Of a stretch of 64,000 nucleotides of DNA, positions 52,126 through 64,000 are shown piece after piece. Every line of letters begins with the position of its first letter. Within the stretch, counting starts at the first letter, position 1. Position numbers and translations under genes: made by a program. The DNA is taken from assembly GCF_963676685.1 (NCBI RefSeq), contig NC_092344.1, positions 29,946,001-30,010,000 on the forward strand. Reading direction: 5' to 3'. The notes under the pieces were generated by a model that was given only the letters and a program-made list of their open reading frames with translations, ran no database searches and was not told the origin of the DNA. Source of the stretch: Mytilus edulis (Eukaryota).

Positions 52126-55100
52126 CAACCATCATCTTAGTCAAAATGTAAAATGTAGGTCACAGCAACCACTTGTGGTACTGAACATATAATGTAATAG
52201 GATTACAATGGTGACCACTAAGCTTTCTTAGAATTCACTTCTAGCAAAACTCTTCCCGTTTGTTACACAAATTAACAGGCTTCTGTCAAAAGGAAATTAA
52301 AATTTTGAACAAAAGTAAATCCTTATAGCATTGTTTTTAATTTGTTTCATACAAAAATCAGTCAAAGCCTCCTCAGAGATTATATAACAAGGATTTCTTC
52401 AAGTGATGAATTTAACAAAATGAAATATATGTGTGAACATAATACATATATAATATAATGTATACGTAGCCAGGCATCATATCTACACACAAAAGCTTAA
52501 ATGATGACAAAACCATGTGAATTATTAAAACCTGAAACTAAAGTTCAATATCTAAGCAATGCCAGTGCCGTATGACTAAGACTATATTAGGAGTTCATTG
52601 TGTCACTATCTGTCCTCAATACATTATGGGTTCAAAATAATGTCATTAATATTTTATTCCTTCGACCTCTGTGTCATTTCAGGGTTACTAGTACTAATAT
52701 TGATTTTTGTGCTGAAGCTGTTTCATTGAGTGAGATCTGTTTCTTCTTTCAGTTCATTAGAATTTACAAACTAAAAAATGAATTTCAAATTTCTGAAGTT
52801 TTAAGGCAAGCCATTGTTTTATTAATCGTTCTCAGGATTGCTTAGAGCCATTTAAAATCCAAGGAACATGAGGTGTAAACCCAAAAAGGACCTTAAAACA
52901 ATAGCCAAAAAAATATGGCCTGATGTCTTTGTCATTTTGGTCTTTTGTGGAGTAGATGTCTCATTGGCAATCATACCACATCTTCTTTTTTATATGAACA
53001 AAGGAAGATCAAACTGAAATTTAGTTATGAAATTCATCAATTTGAATTTTCAATGTTTAAGCACCAACACTACCGGCATGATCAGAGCACTGAGTTGAGT
53101 TTCATTGGAAGTAGTCAGTGACAAGGTAAAAGTATTTAATAAAAATAACAATAAGATGATCTTTGATCTTTATATACCTGTCAGATTTCAAAAGTGTATT
53201 CTCTGCAAATTGTTTAAAGCTCAAACAATCTTTTCTTTTGAAACACTATATCACAACATTAAACAAATTGCAGCCAAGTGAAATAACACCAAGTCAGCAG
53301 AAAAAAAAGCTGATAAAAATGTTATCAATCGGTTAATAGGGTATTGATTCTATAAATTATTCTTTAATTCCTTACATAGCTCTTATCATTCAACATCCAT
53401 CAATTACTTTAATAAGAAGAATTTTCTCCAATCTGCTGTGAATGGCTGATTCTGAGTTATAAACCACAGAAAGCAGTGTTATCTATGGGTCACTAGGACT
53501 AGTTATTGATCAGGATTTTCTTTGACACCATTATAAAACCACTTGAGACACTGAGCTGGTTTATTGATTAGGGAAAACCATCACATTTCCTGACATGGAA
53601 ATTTATAATTATCCTGTCATATGTCTGCTTACACACCCTGTCATTTCTATCTAACTTACTGTTCTCAGAGGGATCAAGTAATTAAATATTATTCCTACAA
53701 CAAATTAATAAGAGAATTACTGATGGGTCTGATATCCAACTACAAAAATATATTCACAAGTATCAAGAAATTTGTATAGAGTAGAGTTGAAAACGATTGT
53801 CAACCGAATGTTTTGTTTATATGAAGGGGCCGTCATTTATAATAGGCTAATTATTATTTAGCCCAGAATTTGGTCAATATATGATTTTTGGAAAAGTTTT
53901 CGTTTATTTGATTTTTTTGGTTTATCATCATGTAATATTATATGGGCTTTAGAAATTAGTGATTAATTTTTTGTGTTCCTTCAGACTCGTATACCATAGA
54001 AAAACTCCATTTCTTGTCAGATTCCAAATAATAAATGAAAGCAGAAAGTTTTTGTTTTTTCACGATGTCTGTCATAACTAGTCAAGTTTCTGCAAAAAAA
54101 AAAAAAAAAAAAGATATCAACAGCCAAACATCATGCTGCTTGCAAATATTGTTAACCAGACTGTTCCATCAGCGGGATGGTGCCAGTTCTTCACTTGCTG
54201 GTCAAATTTGAATCATAGAAATTGTTATAAATCAAGTAAAATAAGCAATTTACTCCTCATTGTCAATGTTGGGTTGCTGTTTTAATCACTTATACACAAA
54301 ATCTCCTTTCAACCACAATAAGCATTAGTACTTATCTCCTATAATTAATATACAGCAAGCAGATGTTGAGACTTTGTACAGCTCAATAACTTATGGTTGT
54401 AATTGCACTGTGTCTAAACCACACCGGCAAAATTTGTTCGGACTCGATGGTATCTAACATCCGGCACAATGACGGAACATTAATAGACAGAAGAAAGCTA
54501 GGTTTCTCCTTATTTTTTAATTTTTTTGATGATATCGAAGAATATATATACATATACAACTATTTTCTAATGTGAGATGCAATATTTTCTACAACCGTTC
54601 TATATTAACGGAGAAATAAGTCAAAATGCATGTCAAAATGACGAATTGAGTGAAACTTGCCTCGAAATTGTTTAATTTCTCGTTAAATTGTTCACATTGT
54701 ACGGAAAGAAAGGTACGGGAAGATAGATATTGACACGGAGATTGCAAATTTAGTTATTATGAGCATCTCCATAATTGTATCTCTGTGTATGGAACGAAAG
54801 AAATGGGTCATGTCAAAATGGAACTGGCCGGTTTCGTCAATGTATACAACCCGGTTTCGTCATAGATTTCAAAATGCATAACCCGGTTTGGTCAAATAAA
54901 AAAAATCATAATCGCATTACATTATAATTGATTATTTAACTTCAGCGTTCAAAAGGAGTTTTGTGGGTCGTTGGAAAACAAGTTCGTTCACCGGACAACG
55001 GCTTATTATTTATATAAGTCTCAGATTCAAATAAATAATAAGCAAAAACTTGAATTCCTACTCTTATAAAACACAAATATTTTAATTTACTTTGCATACC

Positions 55101-56648
55101 GAAATTTTTTAACAGCATATTGAGATTAAAGCTCTCTAAATATGCGTTTTCTATATGAGTTATGGGAAAATATGTTGAACATGTTTAAACTTGAAATTAA
55201 AGTTTACGGTCTTAAAAATCGAAACACACAATTGACATGTGATTTTCTCGCACAAAAGGATGGACACCTTTATAAGTAATCTAATCATTCTATGTATGTA
55301 ATATTTTCTACAATCGTTAAAAATAAATCTTCTTAAGGATAAACGTTGATAATAAGACAACTGTATATGCATGCATAATCGACATAGAAAATGAATGTAG
55401 GATTACAACTACCATGCATTAAAAATTTTTTTTTTATCTCTTATTGTAACTATACTGCTATGTCCAAATTAGTATAATAGTCTCAGGTCATCGACAAAAT
55501 TCAATAATAATTATTTTGTTAACATTACTAAAAAAAGAGTCTGTACTGTCGCCGTTGTGTTATGATGATCGTACACTGACGTTGGTCAATATATTTTGAC
55601 AATATATACGGACAGACGGATTCAGTTTATTTCAAAGTGGACGTAATTCGAACAACTTTTACATACCACCGAGCGTAGCGAGTCGAACAATATTTTGATT
55701 ATTTTTTGCTTTACAAAATCGTTAAATACAGGAATCAATACAGTTTTGGCAACCAAAGGTGGGGTCGGGGCGTGCAACCTATACGTCATCTAGATTCGCC
55801 ATTTATCTTATAAAGTGTATACCGAATTAAAATATTGTAAGAAATGAGAAAACAGGGACACCCGGGAAATCGGATTATGTGAGTTGGATTATGTTTATAT
55901 AATAAATGCCGAATATCAAGTTCTTTTTTTCGATTTCTATACATTTTTTTCAAATATATATAAAAGTTATATAGCAAAAATGATAAGGCAGACAAATATA
56001 CAAATAAATCGACTTGGCCGATATCCTAATAAAACTTATTGACCTTTAATAACGAGGTTTTTTTTCATTTCTTTGCGTTTTTACACGCCCGTCCCAATTT
56101 TGACAGGACGTATTATTGTATACACCCGTCTGTCCGTCCGTCCTTCCTCCCATCCGTCCGTTCCTCCATCTATCAGTCATTCGGTCCGTCCGTCTGTCCG
56201 TCTATCTATCCGTCTTGTCCAGCATAAACATGTCGCACCGTAACTCTAGGACAGCTTATCTTAATAAAAAAAAAAAACAGATTATTTAAAAATGTCTATC
56301 AACATGAAAAGTTCATACAAATTCCAAGCGACAACCCGACCATAGAGCAGAAAACAGCCGAAGGCCACAATGGGTCTTCAATGAAGCGAGAAACTCACGC
56401 ATCCGGTGGCGTCCTTTAGCTGGCCCCTTAATAAATATTTATACTAGTTCAGTGATAGTGGACTTCATAGTAAACTGCGAATACATGTATATTTATTATA
56501 TTTAAGGGATAATTTTAACTATGATACAAGTTTTGGCACACATCGCGCATTTACTATACAGGCTCTGTCATCGGACGAGTTAAGGTTTATTCATCATTTT
56601 TTATTATTTGTACTTTTGTTGTACTGTTTGTGTCAGCGACAACACTTT

Positions 56649-56875
56649 GGAGGGCCCTCATGGGGTTTTTGATTATGTGATTACTTGGCCGTTTTTTTAA
56701 TGATTATTTGATTATTAAGCCAAATATTTCATGATTATTTGATTACCTAGGACTGTATTTTTAGTTTATGATTATTTGATTACTAAAGATAAGCAAATAT
56801 TTAATGATTATGTGATTATATTGGCAAAAAAATGGTGATTATGTGATTACTAGGACCCCCCCATGAGGGGCCTCC
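56649..56875. mobile_element. MITE nested in the large TIR element; 4-bp TSD CTTT (possibly Sola-like)
   Basis: CTTT|GGAGGGCCCTCATGGGG ... CCCCATGAGGGGCCTCC|CTTT; internal repeated GATTAT(G/T)TGATTA motif. Confidence 0.8.
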
Positions 56876-57672
56876 CTTTGACGCAGTCCATTCCCGAATC
56901 ACACGCTTGTAATTCCATGGTTGTCTTTGGTTGCTTTATACCATATGCGTTTTGAACATAAAATAGGCAGGTAGTTTTCTTGTTTGAATTGTTTTACATT
57001 TATAATTTAGGGCCCTGTTATAGCTTGCTTTCATGCAGTTTGTGTGTTTTTCTCATTGTTTAAGGCATACACTGACCTAAACTTGATTAATTCAACATAA
57101 TTGTTGTGTCTAAAAGAAAGTTGTCTCATTGTCAATGTTTATGGGATAAGTGGTTACCGTCACTTCTTCTTAATAAGACCTAGATATAAATGACGGTCAT
57201 GTTTTGCAAATCAACTTTTATTCACATTGAAAATACAAAACTGTCAGATATTGTTTTCGAAAGTTATCTTGAAGTTTCAATTGAATTTGAACTGTACAAA
57301 ACATGAATTTGAAAATAATGTGAAAACATGCCTATGAAAATAAATGTGCTTACCAGAAACGGGGAGAAAGTTACAAATCTCACTGCTATGTTATGGATGC
57401 TTAAGTGTGAAAACTCTCTTTAGTGCGCAAGTAACACAGTATATATAGTACCAGAAAATCTGGCAGGACTGCATGCATGATTACATGTAATTTGTGCAGA
57501 ACAGTATAGACTATAGTCGGTTTGGGACCGTTCGTCAATGATTGAATGCATAAATGTATTAATAATTGATAGTAAATATTGTAAACTAAGTGTATATAAT
57601 ATAGTATAGTAAATTAAAATTATGGCACAATCAAAACACATCCTTTTATTTTTCATCTTTACATACTAATAT

Positions 57673-57843
57673 CAGGCGCGGATCCAGCCATTTTAAAAAG
57701 GGGGGGGGGGGGGGGGGGGGGGGGGGGTCCCAACCCAGAGTAAAGGGGGGGTTCCAACTATATGCTCCCATTCAAATGCATTGATCGGCCAAAAAAAAGG
57801 GGGGTTCCAACCTCCGGACCCCCCCCCCCTGGATCCGCCACTG
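57673..57843. mobile_element. G-rich MITE nested in the large TIR element
   Basis: CAGGCGCGGATCCAG ... CTGGATCCGCCACTG termini, flanked by AATAT on both sides; internal GGGGG(T)TCCAAC repeats and a 28-nt G run. Confidence 0.8.
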
Positions 57844-59764
57844 AATATTATAAACAAAAAAAATATAATAATGTTACAAAATAATTAGATACCAGTGTTT
57901 GCCATTCAGTATTTATATTCCATTTAAAATTAGTTTGAAGTTAAGTGAAATAAGGGATACGCCTTTCATTAGGAAAATGTGTATTATCATAATTAACTAT
58001 GTCCAAAAGTGCCCGTTTAAAATATATTTTAACACGCCAAGTTTACTTTACAATAAATATATATTTAAATTCTCGAAAGACAATGTTCAGATCCGTGCCA
58101 AAGTTTCTCTTCATAAATTGTTTGTTAAAAAAAAACAAAAAAAACCGGGTGATATATATAGACGAAACCGGGTGATTGTGTAGTAACAACATTGACGAAA
58201 CCGGTTTATTTTAATTTGACATGACCCGTTTCTTTCGTTCCATACACAGAACTACAATTATTGAGATGCTCATAATAACTAAATTTGCAATCTCCGTGTC
58301 AATATCTATCTTCCCGTACCTTTCTTTCCGTACAATGTGAACAATTTAACGAGAAATTAAACAATTTCGAGGCAAGGTTCACTCAATTCGTCATTTTGAC
58401 ATGCATTTTGACTTATTTCTTCGTTAATATAGAACGGTTGTAGAAAATATTGCATATCACAATAGAAAATAGTTGTATATGTATATATATTCTTCGATAT
58501 CATAAAAAAAATAAGAAAATAAGGAGAAACCTAGCTTTCTTCTGTCTATTAATGTTCCGTCATTGTGCCGGATGTTAGATACCATCGAGTCCGAACAAAT
58601 TTTGCCGGTGTGGTTTAGACACAGTGAATTGGTAATAAAGATAGACCTAAAGGGATAAGGGAGATAAATATAGATCTGTTAAAATAAGGCATCATAAATA
58701 ATTCGATGTTGACCTACAAACCTATTTACTCCTTGTAAATTGACAAAATTAAAATAATCAAACAAAATCTTATCCTTGTTTGATTTCAGAAACTTGGTCA
58801 TTGACAGATATAAAGAAAGTTGGTTACCCACCGACTTATGATACCAGAATCTTCATACAATGTTTTGTTCTCCAATACTACATACATATTTCATTTCCCA
58901 GACGATCTTCATTAACATTTTTCTACATTTTTTTATAATAATTTGTTTTCTTTAAAGGATGTATAAACATGGTAAACCTTATTCCTTGTTATCATCAATA
59001 CTGTAATTGTTTTTGGAGGATAAGGCAGCCATAAATAGGGTATATTAAAACATTTTTAAATACACTTTTTGTTATAAATTTGTTTTTTGTTTTAAACAGA
59101 AGGTCACAGTGATAAGAGCCATTATACAAAGGAACAGCAGCATATAAGAATATTTATAGACAACCAAGAAAATATTATACAATAGCTAATGAATCACAAT
59201 AATCCTGAAGACATTGGTCATTGCCATACTGCTGACCACTAGTAAATTACTGTAAATGACCAATACAAAAACATCAAATTAAGAATAAACGCATTTATAG
59301 TATATGTCTGTTTAGCCAGTCTGTCTCGTGCATACAATTATAAATATTAACACAAAGAAAGCTGACCACTAATATATAAATAATGTGGATGATTCTGGTC
59401 AATGACATATATAATACCTGACCGCAGGTAGGCCAAGGGGTATTTGGCATTTTATCACTGGAAAGGACACTAACCCAGAAATCTTCAAATATTATTTATA
59501 GAAGAGATTAAAATTTGAATAAAAACCTTGATAACCAAATTTGTGGAAAAATGCTTCAGCTGAAGGCAAGTCAAAATATATAAATGTTAAAGAAAAATTA
59601 ATACTAGATAAACAGAAAGGCAGCAATGACATATATTCTACTAAATGTTTTTGGCAGAAAAAGGAGTGAAATCTTTAACTAGATATCAATGTGTGGTCCC
59701 TAAAGCATTAAGTGTAACAGTGTCAGTCCCAGCGTTTAAGCTAGTTGTTATGTATTCTATTGAA

Positions 59765-60382
59765 AACATTCACATGACACGGGTTATGTTCTTCTCATAT
59801 ATGTTATGATGGTATGATACTAAACCCCTAACGGGAATGATTGTGCCTGATGTTCATATGATGAAATCATAATCTTTTAGTCAGTTTATTGAAGTCTGGA
59901 GCTGGCATGTCAGTTAACTGCTAGTAGTCTGTTGTTATTTATGTATAATTGTCATTTTGTTTATTTTCTTTGGTTACATCTTCTGACATCAGACTCGGAC
60001 TTCTCTTGAACTGAATTTTAATGTGCGTATTGTTATGCGTTTACTTTTCTACATTGGTTAGAGGTATAGGGGGAGGGTTGAGATCTCACAAACATGTTTA
60101 ACCCCGCCGCATTTTTGCACCTGTCCCAAGTCAGGAGCCTCTGGCCTTTGTTAGTCTTGTATTATTTTAATTTTAGTTTCTTGTGTACAATTTGGAAATT
60201 AGTATGGCGTTCATTATCACTGGACTAGTATATATTTGTTTAGGGGCCAGCTGAAGGACGCGTCCGGGTGCGGGAATTTCTCGCTACATTGAAGACCGGT
60301 TGGTGACCCTCTGTTGTTGTTTTTTATTTGGTCGGGTTGTTGTCTCTTTGACACATTCCCAATTTCCATTCTCAATTTTATT
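59765..60382 (-). mobile_element. Young copy of an abundant interspersed repeat (terminus AATAAAATTGAGAATGGAAAT.GGGAATGTGTCAAAGAGACAAC on minus strand)
   Basis: Fragments of the same sequence at ~13790-13858, ~25665-25815 and, inverted, ~56330-56480. Confidence 0.75.
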
Positions 60383-61569
60383 CAAATAAGATGCAAATAT
60401 TATGGACATATCCTGACGATCGTTGGGTGTCTGAGAAATAAACTAATATCATAATATATCAATCAAGTATAAAATGTAGGTCAAGGTATCTCATATTGCA
60501 TATCAATGTTGTACTATACAAGAAAACTGTTATTGTGGATTATCATCAATACCTTATCATACTTAAAATAATCTGGCGTCAGTAAAGATATACAAAGGTT
60601 TATCAACCTTATTCTATATACTCCAGTCACATACTGGACAGTAACAGAACGCGATTCAAGTCAATTCAGGAGGTCAGGATAGGGAAAAAGGTCAAGATGA
60701 TGTCAAATTTGTAATTCTGTACATATTTCACATATCAAATAGCGGAACTTATCACAGACTTTTACCATTTTTTTTACTACGTTTTTTTTCAGGCTATATA
60801 AGTCAGATGGCAGATTTCTCATTTAACCAATAACATATACATATATATCATTAATTGCCTACATTCTAATAACAAAGCTATAGGCACCACCCTATCTATC
60901 ATACAATACAAAAGAAAATAGATGTAGCTTAACGACTTCTTTCAGGTGAGACAGTTTAACAATGAACTTTTGAAATCATACATATGTTGGGAGTTACTCA
61001 GAAGTTAAAACCATAACAGTCAAAAACTTGCCTTTAAAATAAGTGGTGAAGTCCTTCACCTGGTTCCTTGCATAAAGATTTGTGGAGCCAGCGTGACATT
61101 TATTTTGATGCACCTGAAAGCATTTTTCTCTAACGAGAGGTACTGCAAGGTATTTACTGCATAATGTATTCCAAAACATGACAATGACAGATCACCATCA
61201 TGGTAAAAATAGAGTTATCTATCTTTAAAAAACATCAAAACTGATATACTTCTACACAAAATTAGGAAAATTTAAATTTTTGGCGGGAAGGGGTTATAAT
61301 AAATAGCAATATACCATTATCACTTTTCAAATGAATAAATGTTTTTTCATTAAAAAAATTAATATTAAAACTAAATCATTAAGATTTGTGCTTCAATTTG
61401 CCCTAAATAGCTATTTTTAAAATATATCTTCATTTGCATTTTCTAGCATTACATCTCAAATAACAGCTTGGTTGCTCTTAAAACAAAGTTACACAGATCT
61501 AATTTTCAGATTAATTCATCTAGCATCAATTCTGTGCAATTGAAATTCTTATAATAAACAAAAATGAAG

Positions 61570-61971
61570 TGTCCACAGTACACCATGCCTGGCTCAAACT
61601 AACTCTGTCCATAGGACACCATGCCTGGCTTACACTATCAATGTCCACAGGACACCATGCCTGGCTCACTCTTTCACTGTCCACAGGACACCATGCCTGG
61701 CTCAAACTAACACTGTCCATAGAACACCATGCCTGGCTCACACTATCACTGTCCACCATGCCTGGCTCACTCTTTCACTGTCCACAGGACACCATGCCTG
61801 GCTCAAACTAACTCTGTCCATAGAACACCATGCCTGGCTCACACTATCACTGTCCACAGGACACCATGTCTGGCTATCACTGTCCACCATGCCTGGCTCA
61901 CACTGTCACTGTCTGTCATGCCTGGCTCACACTATCAAAGTCCACCATACCTGGCTCACACTATCACTGTT
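61570..61971. repeat. ~29-37-bp minisatellite (~12 units)
   Basis: gtcca(caggaca)ccatgcctggctcacactatcact repeated; explains the overlapping repetitive ORFs. Confidence 0.9.
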
Positions 61972-62394
61972 CATTGATTTAAGAAATTGTGGACAAAATC
62001 TGTATTTGGCAAATAAATTAAACAGTTACAGCATAATGGTACAAAACATTAACTTGAGGGACCAGAAATCTTAATGCCCCTCCTACTACCATAAGCATAT
62101 TTATGTTAATTAATGATGTTAAATATGAAAATTAGACCTACAGTAACTTGAAAACTAGTCATAGGAGCTGGACTTATTTTCATATATGTAGTGAATGATT
62201 GCAAATGAGCCAACTCCAAAATAGACCAAATGAGGTAGCAGTGAAAAATAACAACTTAAGGTCACATTACCGCCTTCAACAAATGAACAAAACCCAGACC
62301 ATAGTAAGATATAAAGCAAATCTTAGACAAAATAAAGTTCACAGCATAGCCTTCTCAAGTGAATATGTTTTTTCTCAGTGGAGTAGATTGATTG

Positions 62395-62585
62395 ACTAAT
62401 TGGCATTTAACCCCACTTTAAAGTTTAAACCCTATTGTTTTTATAGGTGGAGGAATCCTAAGTGCCAGAGGAGAGTGTACCACCAACCTTTGGTTTAAAA
62501 ACTTACAATCCTAGTCTTTTAAACTGTCATGTGCAGGGTTCAAATTCACAAACCTAGTGTTGACAGGCTACTGAAACCTGAGGCC
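62395..62585 (-). mobile_element. Degenerate tRNA-derived SINE fragment
   Basis: GGTGGAGGAA..AGTGCC.GAG..ACCACC.ACC and GGGTTCAAA.TCACAA.CCT resemble the reverse complement of a bivalve SINE head/core. Confidence 0.4.
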
Positions 62586-63949
62586 CCAAGTTGAGATTTA
62601 GGAGGTCATATTAAGCCCGCATCATTGGTGTTGCCTAGGAAAACAGTGATAACCAGATTAATGGTCTTTCAAACTCAATGTAGCTAATCAGGCTACATCT
62701 TATCTCAGGATTGATGCCACTATATACAAATGTAGCTAATGTGAAACTATCATTTCATGAAATTGTATAATTAGAGCGCCATAATCAAGTCAAAAGTTTA
62801 CCAACTGAAACAAGAATCACTTAGAATCTGTAATTAATACAAATATCAGCTCGATATCAACATTAGGACAACTGATAATTGGGATTAAAAATATTATTTT
62901 TTCTGACAATCCAAACATGGAATATTTGTAATTAGATCAACTAAATGATAGTAGCCTGCGTAGTACCAGTAGCTGTGTGCAGAGCACAGCAGACATATGA
63001 CGTACTGAAAATTTAGCTATTAATTGATTGCCAAATTTTGCCAGTTTTCATGGACTGAAAAAAGACTAATATTTTGTCTTTTTTTCATTCCCTTAAATGT
63101 TATATCTACAGAAAGAAAAGCAGGAGAAAGAAAACTATTTTTTCCTGGTAACATGCAAAAGTTGCAACAGAAAACATATTGCCCTATATATAAGTTACAA
63201 AACCTTTCACAATGAAACTTAGGGAAAATGTTCGTTTTTAAGATGGGAATTAATTATTCTCATATATTTTTATAAACATATACATTGTACAATTAATTGT
63301 AAAATAATGATCTTGATGAATTATCAAACTGCATGCTACTGTTTTACCAAGTGAATGCCACGAACACTAATATTATAAATATATTGAATCATCTGATCTT
63401 ATATTCCACTTTTAAACAATAAATCAAAAAGTTTAAAAACATCAAAGTGATAATGTTGTCAGGTGAAATATTACCTGACCATGTTTGACACGATGACCTC
63501 TTGGCCTTGTTTTAGTGATGACAGATGCAACATCTACTATCTGACAAACTATGCACTTACAACATTAAATCACTTTCAACTTGTCTTATTCCTACCTATG
63601 TTTGAATAAATTACCTGCTTAAACTGGGTCATATTCAATTGCATTTTTTTGTAATCTAATAATTTGCGATGTCAAAATATATAGGACTAAGACTTTAAAA
63701 ATGTTTACATAGTAAAAACACTAGGGCATTCAGAAAACGTGATTTCAAGTTTGTCCACAATTATAAGATTAACAAACACATTTTCAACCAAAAATTTTAT
63801 CTGGTATTTAAGAAAATCTGAAGACTTTACTTCTCTAGTTTTTCTGACGCTACCAAGTTTTAATAGTGTCCTCATAAATAAATACATGTAATAATCCTAA
63901 GATCACATCATAACTTTTTATTAACTCAGCTTCTTTTATTAAATCATAC

Positions 63950-64000
63950 CTACTTTTATTTGCTCACGTCCTATGATTCTCTACTTTTATTTGCTCACGT
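63950..64000. repeat. Start of a 31-bp tandem repeat, truncated by the window end
   Basis: ctacttttatttgctcacgt at 63950 and 63981. Confidence 0.6.

Larger units (their letters stand above)
54406..58626. mobile_element. 4.2-kb non-autonomous DNA transposon, ~410-bp TIRs starting CACTGTG, 5-bp TSD AATTG (Transib/RAG-like signature)
   Basis: AATTG|CACTGTGTCTAAACCACACCGGC ... GCCGGTGTGGTTTAGACACAGTG|AATTG; near-identical inverted arms ~54406-54817 and ~58214-58626; subterminal CCGGTTTCGTC repeats; no ORF of 100 aa or more. Confidence 0.9.

Noticed and set aside
54413-54435. RSS nonamer after the CACTGTG heptamer
   Set aside because: Best candidate GCAAAATTT matches ACAAAAACC at only 5/9 with a 14-nt spacer, and both ends are symmetric, so there is no 12/23-type asymmetry.
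59418-59457. 40-nt candidate upstream exon (CCTTTCCAG ... CAG|GTATTA)
   Set aside because: The frame needed to end in phase 1 starts with TGA, and the donor is weak. No SH3-like exon was found between 44.3 and 64 kb.
1-64000. The short ORFs in the supplied six-frame track as genes
   Set aside because: All are under 100 aa with low-complexity composition or fall in repeats. Real exons overlap some only in another frame or strand (22894-23097, 9604-9837).

Overview
AT-rich, repeat-dense eukaryotic (animal) genomic DNA. The interspersed repeat families resemble those of mytilid bivalves (inference from recognition, not a search). None of the supplied ORFs is a real gene. The window is mostly intronic sequence of one large minus-strand gene. 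I could assemble four of its exons by hand with canonical splice sites and matching phases: 35588-35505, 22977-22930, 13704-13601 and 9693-9559. They give (E/K)PVPPPPVVPLPHRLVDCYFVRPVTCSFCNDFIWGTGKVGKRCTGCNQVCHASCWDVEVQSSCTRGNPAPSTPVHSTYVPIENWTCENVVEWMACVRLYRYAQMFKDNQINGKDIKNMDPEKLG, i.e. poly-Pro + C1 zinc finger + start of a SAM domain, best fitting the long invertebrate p85/PIK3R-type PI3K regulatory subunit. The most striking feature is an 8.7-kb, 95/96-bp tandem array (35527-44208). It is an approximately 90-fold amplification of this gene's own branch point, 3' splice site and first 63 nt of the C1 exon. Each 95-bp unit parses as a frame-preserving 63-nt phase-1 exon followed by GTAACT, the same donor hexamer the SAM exon uses. 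A second array (48/52 bp, 49247-50575) also parses as AG + 24-nt phase-1 microexon + GTAAGA. There is also a 4.2-kb non-autonomous element with ~410-bp TIRs starting CACTGTG and a 5-bp TSD (Transib/RAG-like signature), plus HINE/Helentron-like, Kolobok-like, Crypton-like, MITE and SINE elements.
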